A DNA stretch of 64,000 nt, taken from positions 848,780-912,779 of the forward strand of contig CAVPPB010000001.1 of the NCBI GenBank assembly GCA_963707215.1, written 5' to 3'. The notes under the pieces are model-generated. The model was not told the DNA's origin, ran no database searches, and was given only the letters and a program-made list of their open reading frames with translations. This document shows positions 37,830-50,688 of the stretch, piece after piece. The translations under genes and the position numbers were made by a program. Origin of the DNA: an uncultured Chloroflexia bacterium. GTDB lineage: Bacteria > Chloroflexota > Limnocylindria > Limnocylindrales > CSP1-4. Position 1 is the stretch's first letter; every line of letters starts with the position of its first letter.

Positions 37830-38936
37830 GTGAAGCTGGCGCTCGCCGTAACGTTGATCATTGCCGTTCTTCCGTCGGTGTGGCTGCCGTTGCCCGCCGC
37901 GCAGGAGACCGAGAACGTCGTCTTGTTGACCCTCGATGGGCTGCGCTGGCAGGAGGTTTTCGCCGGCGCGGATGAAGCTCTGCTGACCGAAGAGGCGGGC
38001 GGCGTCGATGACGTCGACGCGCTGCGCGAAGAATTCTGGCGGCCGGCTCCGGAGCAGCGCCGCAGCGTGCTGATGCCGTTTCTGTGGAACATCATCGTTC
38101 CCTCGGGGCAACTGTTCGGCAACGCCTGGCGCGGCAGCGAGGTGCGGGTTACCAATGGCCGCAACTTCTCCTATCCGGGGTATCAGGAAATCCTCGGAGG
38201 CTTTCCCGACGATCGCATCGACAGCAACGACAAGCGCCTCAATCCCAATCCCAACGTGCTCGAGTGGATCGCGGCGCAGCCCGGTTTCGAGGGTCGCGTC
38301 GCCGCGTTCGCTTCCTGGGACGTGTTCCCCTTCATCCTCAACGAGCCACGCGCCGGCATACCGGTCAACGCCGGCTGGGAGCCTATCGACGACCTGCCGA
38401 CGACCCCGCGACTCCAGCTACTCAACGACCTGATTCGTACCAGCCGACGAGACGGCGACGGCGTGCGCCACGACGAGCTCACCTTCTTCGCCGCACTCGA
38501 GTACCTCGAGCAGGCGCAACCACGGGTTCTCTACATCTCGTTCGATGGCACCGACACCGATGCCCACTCGCGGAGGTACGACCGCTACCTGCGCTCGGCC
38601 CGTCTCGGCGACGAATACCTCCGAATGCTCTGGGAGAAGCTGCAATCGATGGAGCAGTACGCCGGCAAGACGACCTTGATCCTCACCACCGACCACGGCC
38701 GCGGCGATCCCCCGGACGAGTGGCGCAGCCACGGCGAGGACGTCGTCGGTTCGGAGCTGATGTGGCTGGCCGCGATGGGGCCCGGCACCGCCGCACTCGG
38801 CGAGCGCGCCGATACGGCGGGGCTGACGCAGTCGCAGGTGGCGGCCACCGTCGCGGCGCTCCTCGGCCTCGACTACCGGGCCGCGGTTCCCGAGGCGGCG
38901 CCACCGATCGCTCAGGTCGTCGGGAACGGTCGCTGA
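37830..38936 (+). CDS. Secreted alkaline-phosphatase-superfamily protein
   Basis: Signal peptide; NVVLLTLDGLRWQE, SYPGY, TDTDAH, ILTTDHGRG. Confidence 0.85.
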   Translation: MKLALAVTLIIAVLPSVWLPLPAAQETENVVLLTLDGLRWQEVFAGADEALLTEEAGGVDDVDALREEFWRPAPEQRRSVLMPFLWNIIVPSGQLFGNAWRGSEVRVTNGRNFSYPGYQEILGGFPDDRIDSNDKRLNPNPNVLEWIAAQPGFEGRVAAFASWDVFPFILNEPRAGIPVNAGWEPIDDLPTTPRLQLLNDLIRTSRRDGDGVRHDELTFFAALEYLEQAQPRVLYISFDGTDTDAHSRRYDRYLRSARLGDEYLRMLWEKLQSMEQYAGKTTLILTTDHGRGDPPDEWRSHGEDVVGSELMWLAAMGPGTAALGERADTAGLTQSQVAATVAALLGLDYRAAVPEAAPPIAQVVGNGR

Positions 38937-39197
38937 GGGCACCTGATCGTGCGCGGCTGCGCCGCGCGGAGATCCACCCCGGCGACTCCGCGAGGAAGCT
39001 CTGGCCCGGCTCGACGCGTCTGCATTCTCGAGAAGAGTTTTGATCACTTTTACGTAGATATGCACAGTTTTATTGGTCTTTTACACAGGCTCCATCTGAA
39101 TCGAGCTGGAAACGGCGACGAAAGGGTGTTATCTACCTTCATAGCCCAGCCGGTTACGCAGCAAGAGAACCCAACTCGCTAGGTTAGGGAGGTCAAG

Positions 39198-39887
39198 GTG
39201 ACCCGGAGCATCCTCCTGACAGGTCTGCTCACGACTCTTTTGTGCGCTTCGGCGCAGGCTCAGTCCCCCACCACGCCGGTCGAGCCCCGGACGACGTTCT
39301 CCGCCGGCGCGTCCGCCGGCTACTACTCCGGCTTCGGCGTCGAGTTCAACGGTACGTTCGAGAACTTCGCCCGCGGCTTGCCGATGGCGGCACGCTTTGC
39401 CCTCGGCTACGCCGTCGTCGACCCGGGATCGGCGGCGGACGCTCGCCGCATCTTCATCAACGACGCAAGAAACGGCCAGCCCGAGAAGTCCGGTCGCATA
39501 CTCGACCTCCGCTTCGACGCCATGTTTCGCATGACCTCGGAATCCGCGACCCCGGCCTATTTCTACGCCGGGCCGCGATACTCGAGCTTCCGCGGCAACT
39601 TCCGCTTCGTCGGCGGCAACGAGGACTTCGACGTGACCTCCGGCCAGTGGGGGCTCGGCACCGGGCTCGAGGGTCACTTCGGCATGGGTCGCTCCGGCGC
39701 GCTCGTCATCGGCGGCGGCGTCGATTATTTCTTCGATGCCCCGTTGAAGGGACACGACACCGTGTACACGCCTTCCGGCGACGATACCAACGCGCGACGC
39801 AATTACACCTTCGAGGACGCCGACGCGGCCATCAAGCAGCCGCGTTGGGTGCCACGATTCATGGTGGGGTTCAACTACACGTTCTAG
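39198..39887 (+). CDS. Outer-membrane beta-barrel protein
   Basis: GGAGG RBS, signal peptide, alternating aromatic beta-strands, terminal GFNYTF. Confidence 0.7.
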   Translation: MTRSILLTGLLTTLLCASAQAQSPTTPVEPRTTFSAGASAGYYSGFGVEFNGTFENFARGLPMAARFALGYAVVDPGSAADARRIFINDARNGQPEKSGRILDLRFDAMFRMTSESATPAYFYAGPRYSSFRGNFRFVGGNEDFDVTSGQWGLGTGLEGHFGMGRSGALVIGGGVDYFFDAPLKGHDTVYTPSGDDTNARRNYTFEDADAAIKQPRWVPRFMVGFNYTF

Positions 39888-40198
39888 CTCTAGCCACGAC
39901 GCGCCGATGCCCTGTGGCGGGCGGCCGCAGTGAGCGTCGACGATCGCCTACCTGCTCCGCCGGCCGCTTCCGCCCGGCACGCAGTCGGCGGTCAACCGCT
40001 ACCTGGACTGCGGCATCTTTGCCCGCGGCTTCGCCCAGGGGTCAGCCGCTTCATTCGATGTATGCTTCTCGCGAGCGATACCACGAGGTCATGGAGCGCT
40101 CGCAGACGCCGAGGGTACGTGACCGGCCCTGATGAAACGGTGAACACCATGTGCGGGGCTGGTCGCGATGCCGACCGGGCTTCTGCAAAGGACCGACC

Positions 40199-42703
<2,505 letters not shown>

Positions 42704-42776
42704 AGCCCCACGCGGCCGCCGCGCGGCGCGTTGTCGCGAAACGTTGCTCGACACGGCATGAGCACGGGAGGTGGGT

Positions 42777-43864
42777 GTGAATCGACGTATTGGAGTTCTG
42801 ACCGGCGGCGGCGATTGCCCAGGACTCAACGCGGTCATTCGCGCGGTCGCCAAGGCGGCCAACCGGCACGGCTGGGAAACGGTGGGCATTCTCGGAGGCT
42901 ACGAGGGGCTGCTCGAGCCCCTGCGCTCCCGCACGCTCGACTACCGCGAGCTGGGCGGCCTGCTCACCCGCGGCGGCACGATCCTCGGCACCAGCAACCG
43001 CGGCCGCTTCGCCGCCAAGGTGGGGCACGGCGACACGCAACGGATCCCGACCGAGGTGCTCGACGACGCGAAGCGCGGATGCGAGGCGCTCGGACTGTCG
43101 GCCTTGATCGCGATTGGCGGCGACGGGTCACTGAGCATCGCGCAGCAGCTGTTCGAGCACGGCCTGCCCGATCGTCGGCGTGCCCAAGACCATCGACAAC
43201 GACCTGGCGGCGACCGTGATGACCTTCGGCTTCGACTCGGCCGTGGCCTGCGCGACCGACGCGCTGGACCGGCTGCACAGCACGGCCGAGAGCCACGAGC
43301 GCGTCATGGTCCTGGAGGTGATGGGGCGATACGCGGGGTGGATCGCCATCTACGCGGGCATCGCCGGCGGCGCCGACGTGATTCTCATCCCCGAGATTCC
43401 GTTTCGCTACGATGCCGGATCTGCGGCGAAGATCGCCGAGCGCGAACAGGCGGGCCGTCACTTCAGCATTGTGGTGGTGGCCGAGGGCGCCCGGCCGGAG
43501 GGCGGCGCGTTCGTGACCACCGGCGACCAGCCCGCGGACCGCGAGGCGCGCCTGGGTGGCATCGGCGCGCAGGTGGCGGCCGAGCTCGAGCGTCGCACGG
43601 GCAAGGAGACGCGCGCCGTGGTGCTCGGCCATCTGCAGCGCGGCGGCGGTCCCACCAACTTCGACCGCGCGCTCTGCTCGCTCTTCGGGACCACGGCGGT
43701 GGAGCTGGCGGCCGAGGGCCGGTTCGGCCGCATGGTGACCTACACCGGCGACGCAGATCAGCAGCGTGCCGCTGGCCGACGCGATCGGGCGGCTGCGGAC
43801 GGTTCCGCTCGACGGCGGGTTCGCGCGCGGTGCCCGAGCGCTCGGCATCTGCCTCGGCGAGTGA
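42777..43864 (+). CDS. pfkA: 6-phosphofructokinase (frameshifts ~43170, ~43755)
   Basis: LTGGGDCPGLNAVIR, GGTILGTS, IGGDGS, PKTIDND, EVMGRYAGW, LGHLQRGG. Confidence 0.93.
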
Positions 43865-44031
43865 CGCGCGGAATGGAGCCGATCGCATGGGTCTGCCGGC
43901 GAACAAGTGGACTGCCGCAGTCAGCTGCCGCCGCGTGCCCGTGGCCGACGCATGCCTGAGCGACCCTCGGCGGATACCTAATTGAACCGTGAGACGAGCG
44001 CGTCTCATACACTGGAGCGCAGGAGCACACG

Positions 44032-45056
44032 ATGCCAGTCGCCAATCATGAGATCTTCTGCCGGATGCTGGACCGTGCCCGCGAGCAACGGTTCGCCTAT
44101 CCGGCCATCAACGTCACGTCGCTGACAACCGCGAATGCCGTCTTGCGCGGTCTGGCGGAGAGCCGGAGCGACGGGATCATCCAGGTCTCGACCGGCGGGG
44201 GCGCCTTTGCGTCGGGCTCGTCCGTCAAGGACATGGCCCTCGGCGCAATCTCGATCGCCGAGCACGTCCATAGGGTCGCCGAGCGCTATCCCATCTACGT
44301 AGCGCTGGCGACCGACCACTGCCTCGCTGACAAGCTCGATCGGTTCGTCGTCCCGCTAGTGGAAGAAACCGAGAAGCGCCGGGCCACCGGGCGGCCGAAT
44401 CTCTTCAACCTGCACATGTTCGACGGCAGCAACCTCTCCCTGCAGGAGAACCTCGACATCGCGGTGCCGCTGCTCGAGCGGTTTCGCGAGAACGAGCTCG
44501 TTCTCGAAGTCGAGGCGGGCGTGGTGGGCGGCGAAGAGGATGGCGTTGTCGGCAACGCCCCCGACAAGCTGTACACGACTCCGGAGGACACCTTGGAGGT
44601 GGCGCGGCGTCTCAACGCCGTGACTGGGGGACGCTATCTGCTGGCGGCGACCTTCGGCAACGTGCACGGCGTCTACAAGCCGGGACGCGTGGCGCTGAAG
44701 CCCGAGGTGCTGCGGGACGTGTCAGAATGAGGTCGTGAAGGCGTACGGCGAGGCCGCACGCTTCTACTTCGTGTTTCATGGAGGCTCCGGCTCCGCCCTG
44801 CACGAGATCCACGCCGCTGTCGACTACGGGGTGGTGAAGATGAACGTCGACACCGACATGCAGTACACGTTCACCCGCGCCATCGCTGATCACATGTTCA
44901 GGTATTACGACGGTGTGCTTGCGGGTCGACGGCGAGGTCGGGAACAAGAAGTTCTACGATCCACGCTCGTACCTGGCGCTGGCCGAGGCGGCGATGGCCG
45001 CCCGCGTGGCGCAGGCGGCAAGCGACCTCCGGGCACTGGGGACCACGGCCTGCTAG
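44032..45056 (+). CDS. fbaA: Class II fructose-bisphosphate aldolase (frameshifts ~44722, ~44922)
   Basis: FAYPAINV, TDHC, HMFDGS, GGEEDG, TFGNVHGVYKPG, VFHGGSGS, KMNVDTD, NKKFYDPR. Confidence 0.93.
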
Positions 45057-45346
45057 CGGCCGGGACGCGCGGCCTCGCCCCGGTCGGAGACTTGCTTTCG
45101 CATCAGCCCCGCAGCGGGCAGCAGGACGATGAGCGCCGTGAGTGTGGTGACAATGACCATCACCGACACATTGGGGTCGGTAAAGTTCTGCGTGCTCACG
45201 ATCAACGCAGCCGGGAAACTCAGCCTGGCGTTTCGGAGCGGCGCCACGATTTGTGGCAGCCTCAGCCCCAGGCCGATCTCGGACATGCTCGAAACGAGGA
45301 AGACCAAAACGGATACCTGCGCAACGGCCGCGAGGAATTCAGTCAT
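45053..45346 (-). pseudogene. Internally deleted bile acid:sodium symporter-family gene
   Basis: N-terminus (VFLVSSM..GLGL...IVAPLRN) fused in frame to C-terminal AALIV..QNF.DP.V.VMV; only 97 aa. Confidence 0.6.
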
Positions 45347-45358
45347 AGAGACGCCGGG

Positions 45359-45721
45359 TCAACGCGCCTTGGCGATCACCAGCAAGAAGGCCGCCGCGTC
45401 GACGCCGCGCACGGAATGTCGAACTCCGGGGGCGAAGACGACGGAACAACCGGCCTCCACTTCGCGCTCGGCGTCGCCGCTGATGAACACGACCTTGCCC
45501 TCGATCACGGTGAGGGTTACCGAACCCGGCGCCTCGTGCTCGTCGAGCGACACCCCCTCGTTGATGACCGTCAGCAAGACGTTCATTTCGGGGGCCTTGG
45601 CGAGCGTCTGCGCGCTGCGCCCGTTGTTGGCGTATTCGGGGCTGGCCCGCAGGGCGGCGGCAACCGCTTTAAGGTCGAAGGTCTCCACCGCGGATCCACT
45701 GATATCGATCGGCATGCTCAT
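45359..45721 (-). CDS. Cupin domain protein
   Basis: GRSAQTLAK, LDEHEAPGSVTLTVIEG, PGVRHSV. Confidence 0.82.
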   Translation of the reverse strand: MSMPIDISGSAVETFDLKAVAAALRASPEYANNGRSAQTLAKAPEMNVLLTVINEGVSLDEHEAPGSVTLTVIEGKVVFISGDAEREVEAGCSVVFAPGVRHSVRGVDAAAFLLVIAKAR

Positions 45722-45803
45722 GTTCGCTCCCCTTTCATCTGTGGCTTCTCGAACTGTCGTGAGATCATAGCCGCGATGACGCTGACGTAACCCGGAGGAA
45801 GCG

Positions 45804-47417
45804 ATGAGAAGAACCCCCACCGCCGTGTCGCCCCGAGCCGCCCTGACCGCCTCGACACGCGCCCTGTCGAGGAAGGTCGTGTCTACGGGCCAAGCCGTAA
45901 GGCCATTTGTTGTGGCGGTCGCAGCGATCGCGGCGATCGCGGCAGCCGCGCCCGCCGCGGTGATCGGCCAGCAGGCAGACGGCAACGCGGCGGCCGCGGA
46001 TGCGCAGCACTTTCCCGGCGACGCGGTAACTCAGAGCAGTGTCACGATTGGTGGCGAGACCGTCGAGTACACGGCGCGCGCCGGCACCTTGCCGCTCGCA
46101 GACGAGGCCGGCAACACTTTGGCGAACGTCTTCTACATCTCCTACACGAAGAACGGCGTCACTGACCTCTCCGAGCGGCCGCTGCTGTTCTCGTTCAACG
46201 GCGGCCCGGGCTCGGCTTCGATGTGGATGCACATCGGCCTGGTCGGTCCGCGCCGTGTCCGGCTCGGCGATGGCGGCGGCGTGCATCGCGATCATTCGCC
46301 CGCCCGCCTGGCGCCGCCGGCCGAGATGATCGACAACGAATACTCCCTGCTGGACCTCGCCGACCTGGTGTTCATCGACCCGGTATCGACGGGCTACAGC
46401 CGCGCGCTACCCGGGGTCGACGCCGGCCGGTTCCACGGCTTCGCGGAGGACATCGCCGCGGTCGGTGAGTTCATTCGCCTGTATGTGTCACGCAACGAGC
46501 GTTGGGACTCGCCCAAGTTCATCATCGGCGAGAGCTATGGCACGCGCCGCGCCGCGGGTTTGTCGGCGGCGCTGCAGGGCGGCATGGGGATGGACCTGAA
46601 CGGCCTCATCCTCGTGTCGGCGGGCTCGATCGGCGAGCAGTTCGGCAACTTCGGCATCCTGGAGTACGCCATCAACCTCCCCCACGCCGCCGCCACGGCC
46701 TGGTACCACGGAAAGCTGCCGGCGGATCTGCAGTCGAGACCCCTGCGCGGGCTCCTCGACGAGGTCGAGGCGTTCGCCCTCGACGACTTCGCCCTGGCGC
46801 TGCTGCAAGGCAACAAGCTCACCGAACAAGAGCGCGCCGAGATTGTCGCCGAGGTAGCTCGTTACACCGGCCTGTCGGAGGAGTATGTCGACGCCGTCCA
46901 CTTCCGCATCAACCTCGATCGCTTCCGCAAGGAGCTGCTGCGCGACCAGGGCCTGACCGTCGGTCGACTGGACTCCCGCTTCACCGGCAACGACTACGAC
47001 TCGGGGGGAGAGACCTACGAGTACGACGCCTCGATGGCCGCCATCCGTGGACCCTTCACCCAGACCTTCAACAGCTACGTGCGCGATGAGCTCGGCTACC
47101 ACTCCGACCTCGACTACGCGGTCTCGGGCAACGTGCGGCCCTGGAACGATCCTCCTCCCGGCATGAACCTGCTCGAGACCCTACGCAGCTCGATGGCGCA
47201 GAACCCACATCTGTACGTGATGATCGCCGACGGTTACTACGACAAGCTCTACTTCTGGCCCGAGTTCACATTTTCGCAGTTCGATTTTTCCGGCCTGCGC
47301 GAGCGCGTCACCATCGAGACTTACGAATCCGGCCACATGATGTACATCAACGAGCAGTCGCTGGCGAAGATGAAAGCCGATATGGCGGCCTTCGTAGCCC
47401 GCGCGCTCGGCCACTGA
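45804..47417 (+). CDS. Peptidase S10 (serine carboxypeptidase)
   Basis: FNGGPGSAS, DLVFIDPVSTGYS, GESYG nucleophile, GRLDSRF, YESGHMMY. Confidence 0.92.
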   Translation: MRRTPTAVSPRAALTASTRALSRKVVSTGQAVRPFVVAVAAIAAIAAAAPAAVIGQQADGNAAAADAQHFPGDAVTQSSVTIGGETVEYTARAGTLPLADEAGNTLANVFYISYTKNGVTDLSERPLLFSFNGGPGSASMWMHIGLVGPRRVRLGDGGGVHRDHSPARLAPPAEMIDNEYSLLDLADLVFIDPVSTGYSRALPGVDAGRFHGFAEDIAAVGEFIRLYVSRNERWDSPKFIIGESYGTRRAAGLSAALQGGMGMDLNGLILVSAGSIGEQFGNFGILEYAINLPHAAATAWYHGKLPADLQSRPLRGLLDEVEAFALDDFALALLQGNKLTEQERAEIVAEVARYTGLSEEYVDAVHFRINLDRFRKELLRDQGLTVGRLDSRFTGNDYDSGGETYEYDASMAAIRGPFTQTFNSYVRDELGYHSDLDYAVSGNVRPWNDPPPGMNLLETLRSSMAQNPHLYVMIADGYYDKLYFWPEFTFSQFDFSGLRERVTIETYESGHMMYINEQSLAKMKADMAAFVARALGH

Positions 47418-47510
47418 ACCGGCAGAGCACGGAACGCGCCGACGCGCGCGACGCCGTGCAGGCGCCAAACCGCTACGGGGCCGAGTAAGCCCGAGGAGGG
47501 AGAACCACCA

Positions 47511-47897
47511 ATGATCACCAAGGTCGCATTCGTCGCCCAACCGACCAAGAACATGGACGAGATGAAGCAGTTCTACGGCCAGCACCTCGGTCTCGAGCTG
47601 AGCCATGACTACGGCGACATGTGGTGCGAGTTCGTCACGCCGGAGGGCAAGACCTTGGCGCTCGACCCGCACTCCGGACAGTTGCCCGACGGCAAGCCCT
47701 ACGTCGCCCTCGAGTCCGATGACATCGAGGCCGACATGGCGCGGCTCAAGGAAGCCGGCGTAAAAGTGGCGAAGGACGTGTGGACGAACGAACACGAGGG
47801 CCGCGAGATCTGCAAGATGGCGATCGTTGCCGACCCCAACGGCAACCCGGTGATGCTCCACCAGATGGCTGCCTGGCGGCAGGAGGGTGACGCCTGA
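47511..47897 (+). CDS. VOC/glyoxalase family protein
   Basis: FY..HLGL, DIEADMARLKEAGV, DPNGNPVMLHQ; GGAGG RBS. Confidence 0.88.
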   Translation: MITKVAFVAQPTKNMDEMKQFYGQHLGLELSHDYGDMWCEFVTPEGKTLALDPHSGQLPDGKPYVALESDDIEADMARLKEAGVKVAKDVWTNEHEGREICKMAIVADPNGNPVMLHQMAAWRQEGDA

Positions 47898-47953
47898 ACG
47901 CACACCGACGTGCTATGCGGGGCGCGACGATGCGGTCGTGGGCCGGCACGGCG

Positions 47954-49957
47954 ATGAGGGCGTCGGCGCGCGGGGTCATGCCCTTGTTGATCGCGGGCGT
48001 CGCTGTGGTCGTCTGTGCGTCTTCGATCGTCGCCCTCGCGGCGCCGCAGAACGCGGGCGCGGTCGAACGCGGCGTCATCAGCCTACAGCTCCTCGGGCGC
48101 AAGATCGGCGCCGAGCATTTCGAGCTGCGCCGGGACGGCGACAACCTGCTGCTGACGGACTCCTTCTCCTACGTCGACCGCGGAGGGGAGGTGGCGCTCG
48201 AGAGCACGCTCGAGATGGCGCCGGATTACACGCCGCGGCGCCTGCGCGCCGTCGGCCGCACGTATCGCTTTCTCCAAGTAGACGTCGAGGTCGAGATCGG
48301 AGACGGCGTTGCCACGGTGACGAACCTGGGCGAGACACGGAGCGTGCCGCTGGCGTCGCCGTTTTTCGCGGTGCCGGGCTACGCGCCGCTCGCGGCGCGA
48401 CCCCTTCTGATCGAGTATTGGGAGCGCCACGGCAGGCCGGCATTGGTGACCATCGTCCCGGGCGCACCGACCGGCAGCGTTTCAATCGAGGCACGCGGCT
48501 CCGACGTTATCGCGCTCGCGGGGACGACCCTGGAGCTGCGTCGCTACCTGGTACGCGGCGTCGCCTGGGGGCGCGAGGTCGTGTGGCTCGACGACAACGG
48601 GCACCTCGCGGCCATCTTCACGCGCGCCAACATCCTGCCACTCGATGGCATCCGCGCGGACCTCATGGATGCACGGCCGCAGCTCGAAGCGCTCGCCGTG
48701 GGCACGTACATGGACGAGCTCGCGCGCATGTCGTCGACCATCGAGCCGGTGACGAGCGGCGCCTTCGCGCTGGTCGGCGCCCGACTGATCGACGGCAGCG
48801 AGCGGGGAGCGCTCGAAGACGCCACTGTCGTCGTGCGCGACGGTCGCATCGTCGCAGCCGGCCCTCGCGCAAGCACTCCCCCGCCCGACGACGTCGAGAT
48901 CGTCGACGCCTCCGGAGCGACCATCGTGCCCGGCCTCTGGGACATGCACGCGCACGCCGCGCAGATCGAGTGGGCGCCGGCTTACCTCGCCGCGGGTGTT
49001 ACCACGGTGCGCGATATGGGCGGCGGTTTCGCCTTTCTCACCGCCTTTCGCGACACCCTGGCGAGCGGTCGCGGCCTCGGCCCGCGCCTGCTGCTGGCAG
49101 GCCTCGTCGACGGCGACAACGACAACGCCTTCGGTGAGGTAACGGCCGCCACCCCCGAGGAGGGTCGCGCCCTCGTCGATCGCTACCACGCCGCCGGCTT
49201 CGGGCAGATGAAGCTCTATACCTACCTGCAGCCCGACGTCGTGCGCGCCATCACCGCGCGCGCCCACGAGCTCGGCATGACGGTGACCGGACACGTTCCA
49301 CGCGCCCTGTCGCTCACGGAAGCTCTCGACGCCGGCATGGACCAGGTGGCGCATCTGCCGCTGCGCGGCGACCCGGCGTCACCCCAAGCGGAGCAGATCA
49401 TCGAAGCGCTGCTTCGCCACGGCGCCGCCGTCGACCCGACGGCATCCTGGGGCGAGCTGCTCGGCCGCTCTCAGGACACTCCGATCGCCGACTTCCAACC
49501 CGGCATCCTGGGCGCCCCTTGGCCCATCGCAGCGGCCTACGACAGCGTCCGCAACGAGGCCACTCCCGAGGCTGTCGGCGCGCGCCTGCGCGGCAGCCTG
49601 GCCGGCGTGCGCGCGCTGTACGACGCCGGCGTCCCCATCCTCGCCGGCACCGACTACGGCGTGCCGGCGCACAGCCTGCACCGCGAGCTCGAGCTCTACG
49701 TCATGGCCGGGCTGACGCCGCTCGAGGCCATCCGCGCGGCGACGGTGATCCCGGCGCAGGTCATGGGCTTGGCGGACGACTCCGGAACCATCGAAGTGGG
49801 CAAGCGGGCCGACATGCTGGTGCTCGAAGGCGACCCTCTCGCCGGCATCTCCGCCATCCGCAGCGGCCGCTGGGTCGTCGTCAACGGCGTCATGTACGCC
49901 TGCGAGCCCCTGTGGAAGATGGCGGATTTCGCGCCTGATCCCGCGCGCACCCACTGA
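47954..49957 (+). CDS. Secreted amidohydrolase family protein
   Basis: PGLWDMHAH, GVTTVRDMG, VTGH, AGTD, GTIEVGKRAD; start uncertain. Confidence 0.88.
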   Translation: MRASARGVMPLLIAGVAVVVCASSIVALAAPQNAGAVERGVISLQLLGRKIGAEHFELRRDGDNLLLTDSFSYVDRGGEVALESTLEMAPDYTPRRLRAVGRTYRFLQVDVEVEIGDGVATVTNLGETRSVPLASPFFAVPGYAPLAARPLLIEYWERHGRPALVTIVPGAPTGSVSIEARGSDVIALAGTTLELRRYLVRGVAWGREVVWLDDNGHLAAIFTRANILPLDGIRADLMDARPQLEALAVGTYMDELARMSSTIEPVTSGAFALVGARLIDGSERGALEDATVVVRDGRIVAAGPRASTPPPDDVEIVDASGATIVPGLWDMHAHAAQIEWAPAYLAAGVTTVRDMGGGFAFLTAFRDTLASGRGLGPRLLLAGLVDGDNDNAFGEVTAATPEEGRALVDRYHAAGFGQMKLYTYLQPDVVRAITARAHELGMTVTGHVPRALSLTEALDAGMDQVAHLPLRGDPASPQAEQIIEALLRHGAAVDPTASWGELLGRSQDTPIADFQPGILGAPWPIAAAYDSVRNEATPEAVGARLRGSLAGVRALYDAGVPILAGTDYGVPAHSLHRELELYVMAGLTPLEAIRAATVIPAQVMGLADDSGTIEVGKRADMLVLEGDPLAGISAIRSGRWVVVNGVMYACEPLWKMADFAPDPARTH

Positions 49958-49959
49958 TC

Positions 49960-50076
49960 CGCCGCGGGCGAGCGATCGCCCGCGCCCAGGAGCACGTGCG
50001 CCAGTACACGGGCGGCGAGGGCAGCCTGGTGGACGATCTTCTCGACGAGCGCCGCGCCGAAGCCGCTGGCGACTGA
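49960..50076 (+). pseudogene. C-terminal remnant of an AbrB/VapB-type antitoxin
   Basis: Reads ...AIARAQEHVRQYTGGEGSLVDDLLDERRAEAAGD*, like antitoxin C-termini; no ATG and no N-terminal domain; ends 3 nt before vapC. Confidence 0.55.
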
Positions 50077-50079
50077 CGC

Positions 50080-50454
50080 ATGGTTCTCGACGCATCGGCC
50101 CTTCTGGCCCTCGTCGGCGCCGAGCCCGGATGGGAGCGCGTCGCCGAAGTGCTGCCGCGCGCCGTGGTCAGCACGGTCAACCTGTCGGAGGTCGTCGCCA
50201 AGCTCGCCGATCGCGGCATCCCGGCGGCCGAGATCAGCGAGCTCCTCGCCGGACTCGGTCTCACATTGGTCGATTTCGACGCCGACTCCGCCTACCGCGC
50301 GGGCGAGCTGCGCCGCATCGAGGGTGGCCGCCGGCTCGCGCTCGGCGATCGCGCCTGCCTGGCGCTGGCAAGCAGTCAATCAGCGGTCGCTCTCACTGCC
50401 GATCGCGACTGGACACGCCTCGATGCCGGCGTCGAGGTCGAGCTGATTCGCTGA
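50080..50454 (+). CDS. vapC: VapC (PIN-domain) toxin
   Basis: VLDASALLA...EPG, STVNLSEV, LGDRACLALA, LTADRDW. Confidence 0.92.
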   Translation: MVLDASALLALVGAEPGWERVAEVLPRAVVSTVNLSEVVAKLADRGIPAAEISELLAGLGLTLVDFDADSAYRAGELRRIEGGRRLALGDRACLALASSQSAVALTADRDWTRLDAGVEVELIR

Positions 50455-50517
50455 AGACCGATGGCGGTCCGGGTGTCAGCGAGCTACGGTCAGCGGTCCG
50501 GGCGGTCAGGGAGCCAG

Positions 50518-50583
50518 GGTCCGGGCGCCACGGGGCGACGGTCCGAGCACCAGGGGGCGACGGCCCGGGCGCCAGGGGGCGAG
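50518..50583 (+). repeat. Three imperfect 22-bp G-rich tandem repeats
   Basis: GGTCCGGGCGCCACGGGGCGAC / GGTCCGAGCACCAGGGGGCGAC / GGCCCGGGCGCCAGGGGGCGAG. Confidence 0.7.
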
Positions 50584-50688
50584 ACCCCGTGGCCAGGGGG
50601 TACACTCACAGCCGCGTGAGCAAGCCGTCTGGCGCGCGCTCCGCGCCGACCGACGGTACCGGACTCCATCCCCAGGGAGCTGTGCAAC

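Noticed and set aside
39198-39887. Beta-barrel as the porin of the electron-transfer locus
   Set aside because: It lies beyond the apparent junction at ~37660 and is much smaller than MtrB-type porins.
40121-40165. CTGATGA inside a hairpin as a hammerhead ribozyme
   Set aside because: No GAAA core follows stem II; it is only a generic GC-rich hairpin.
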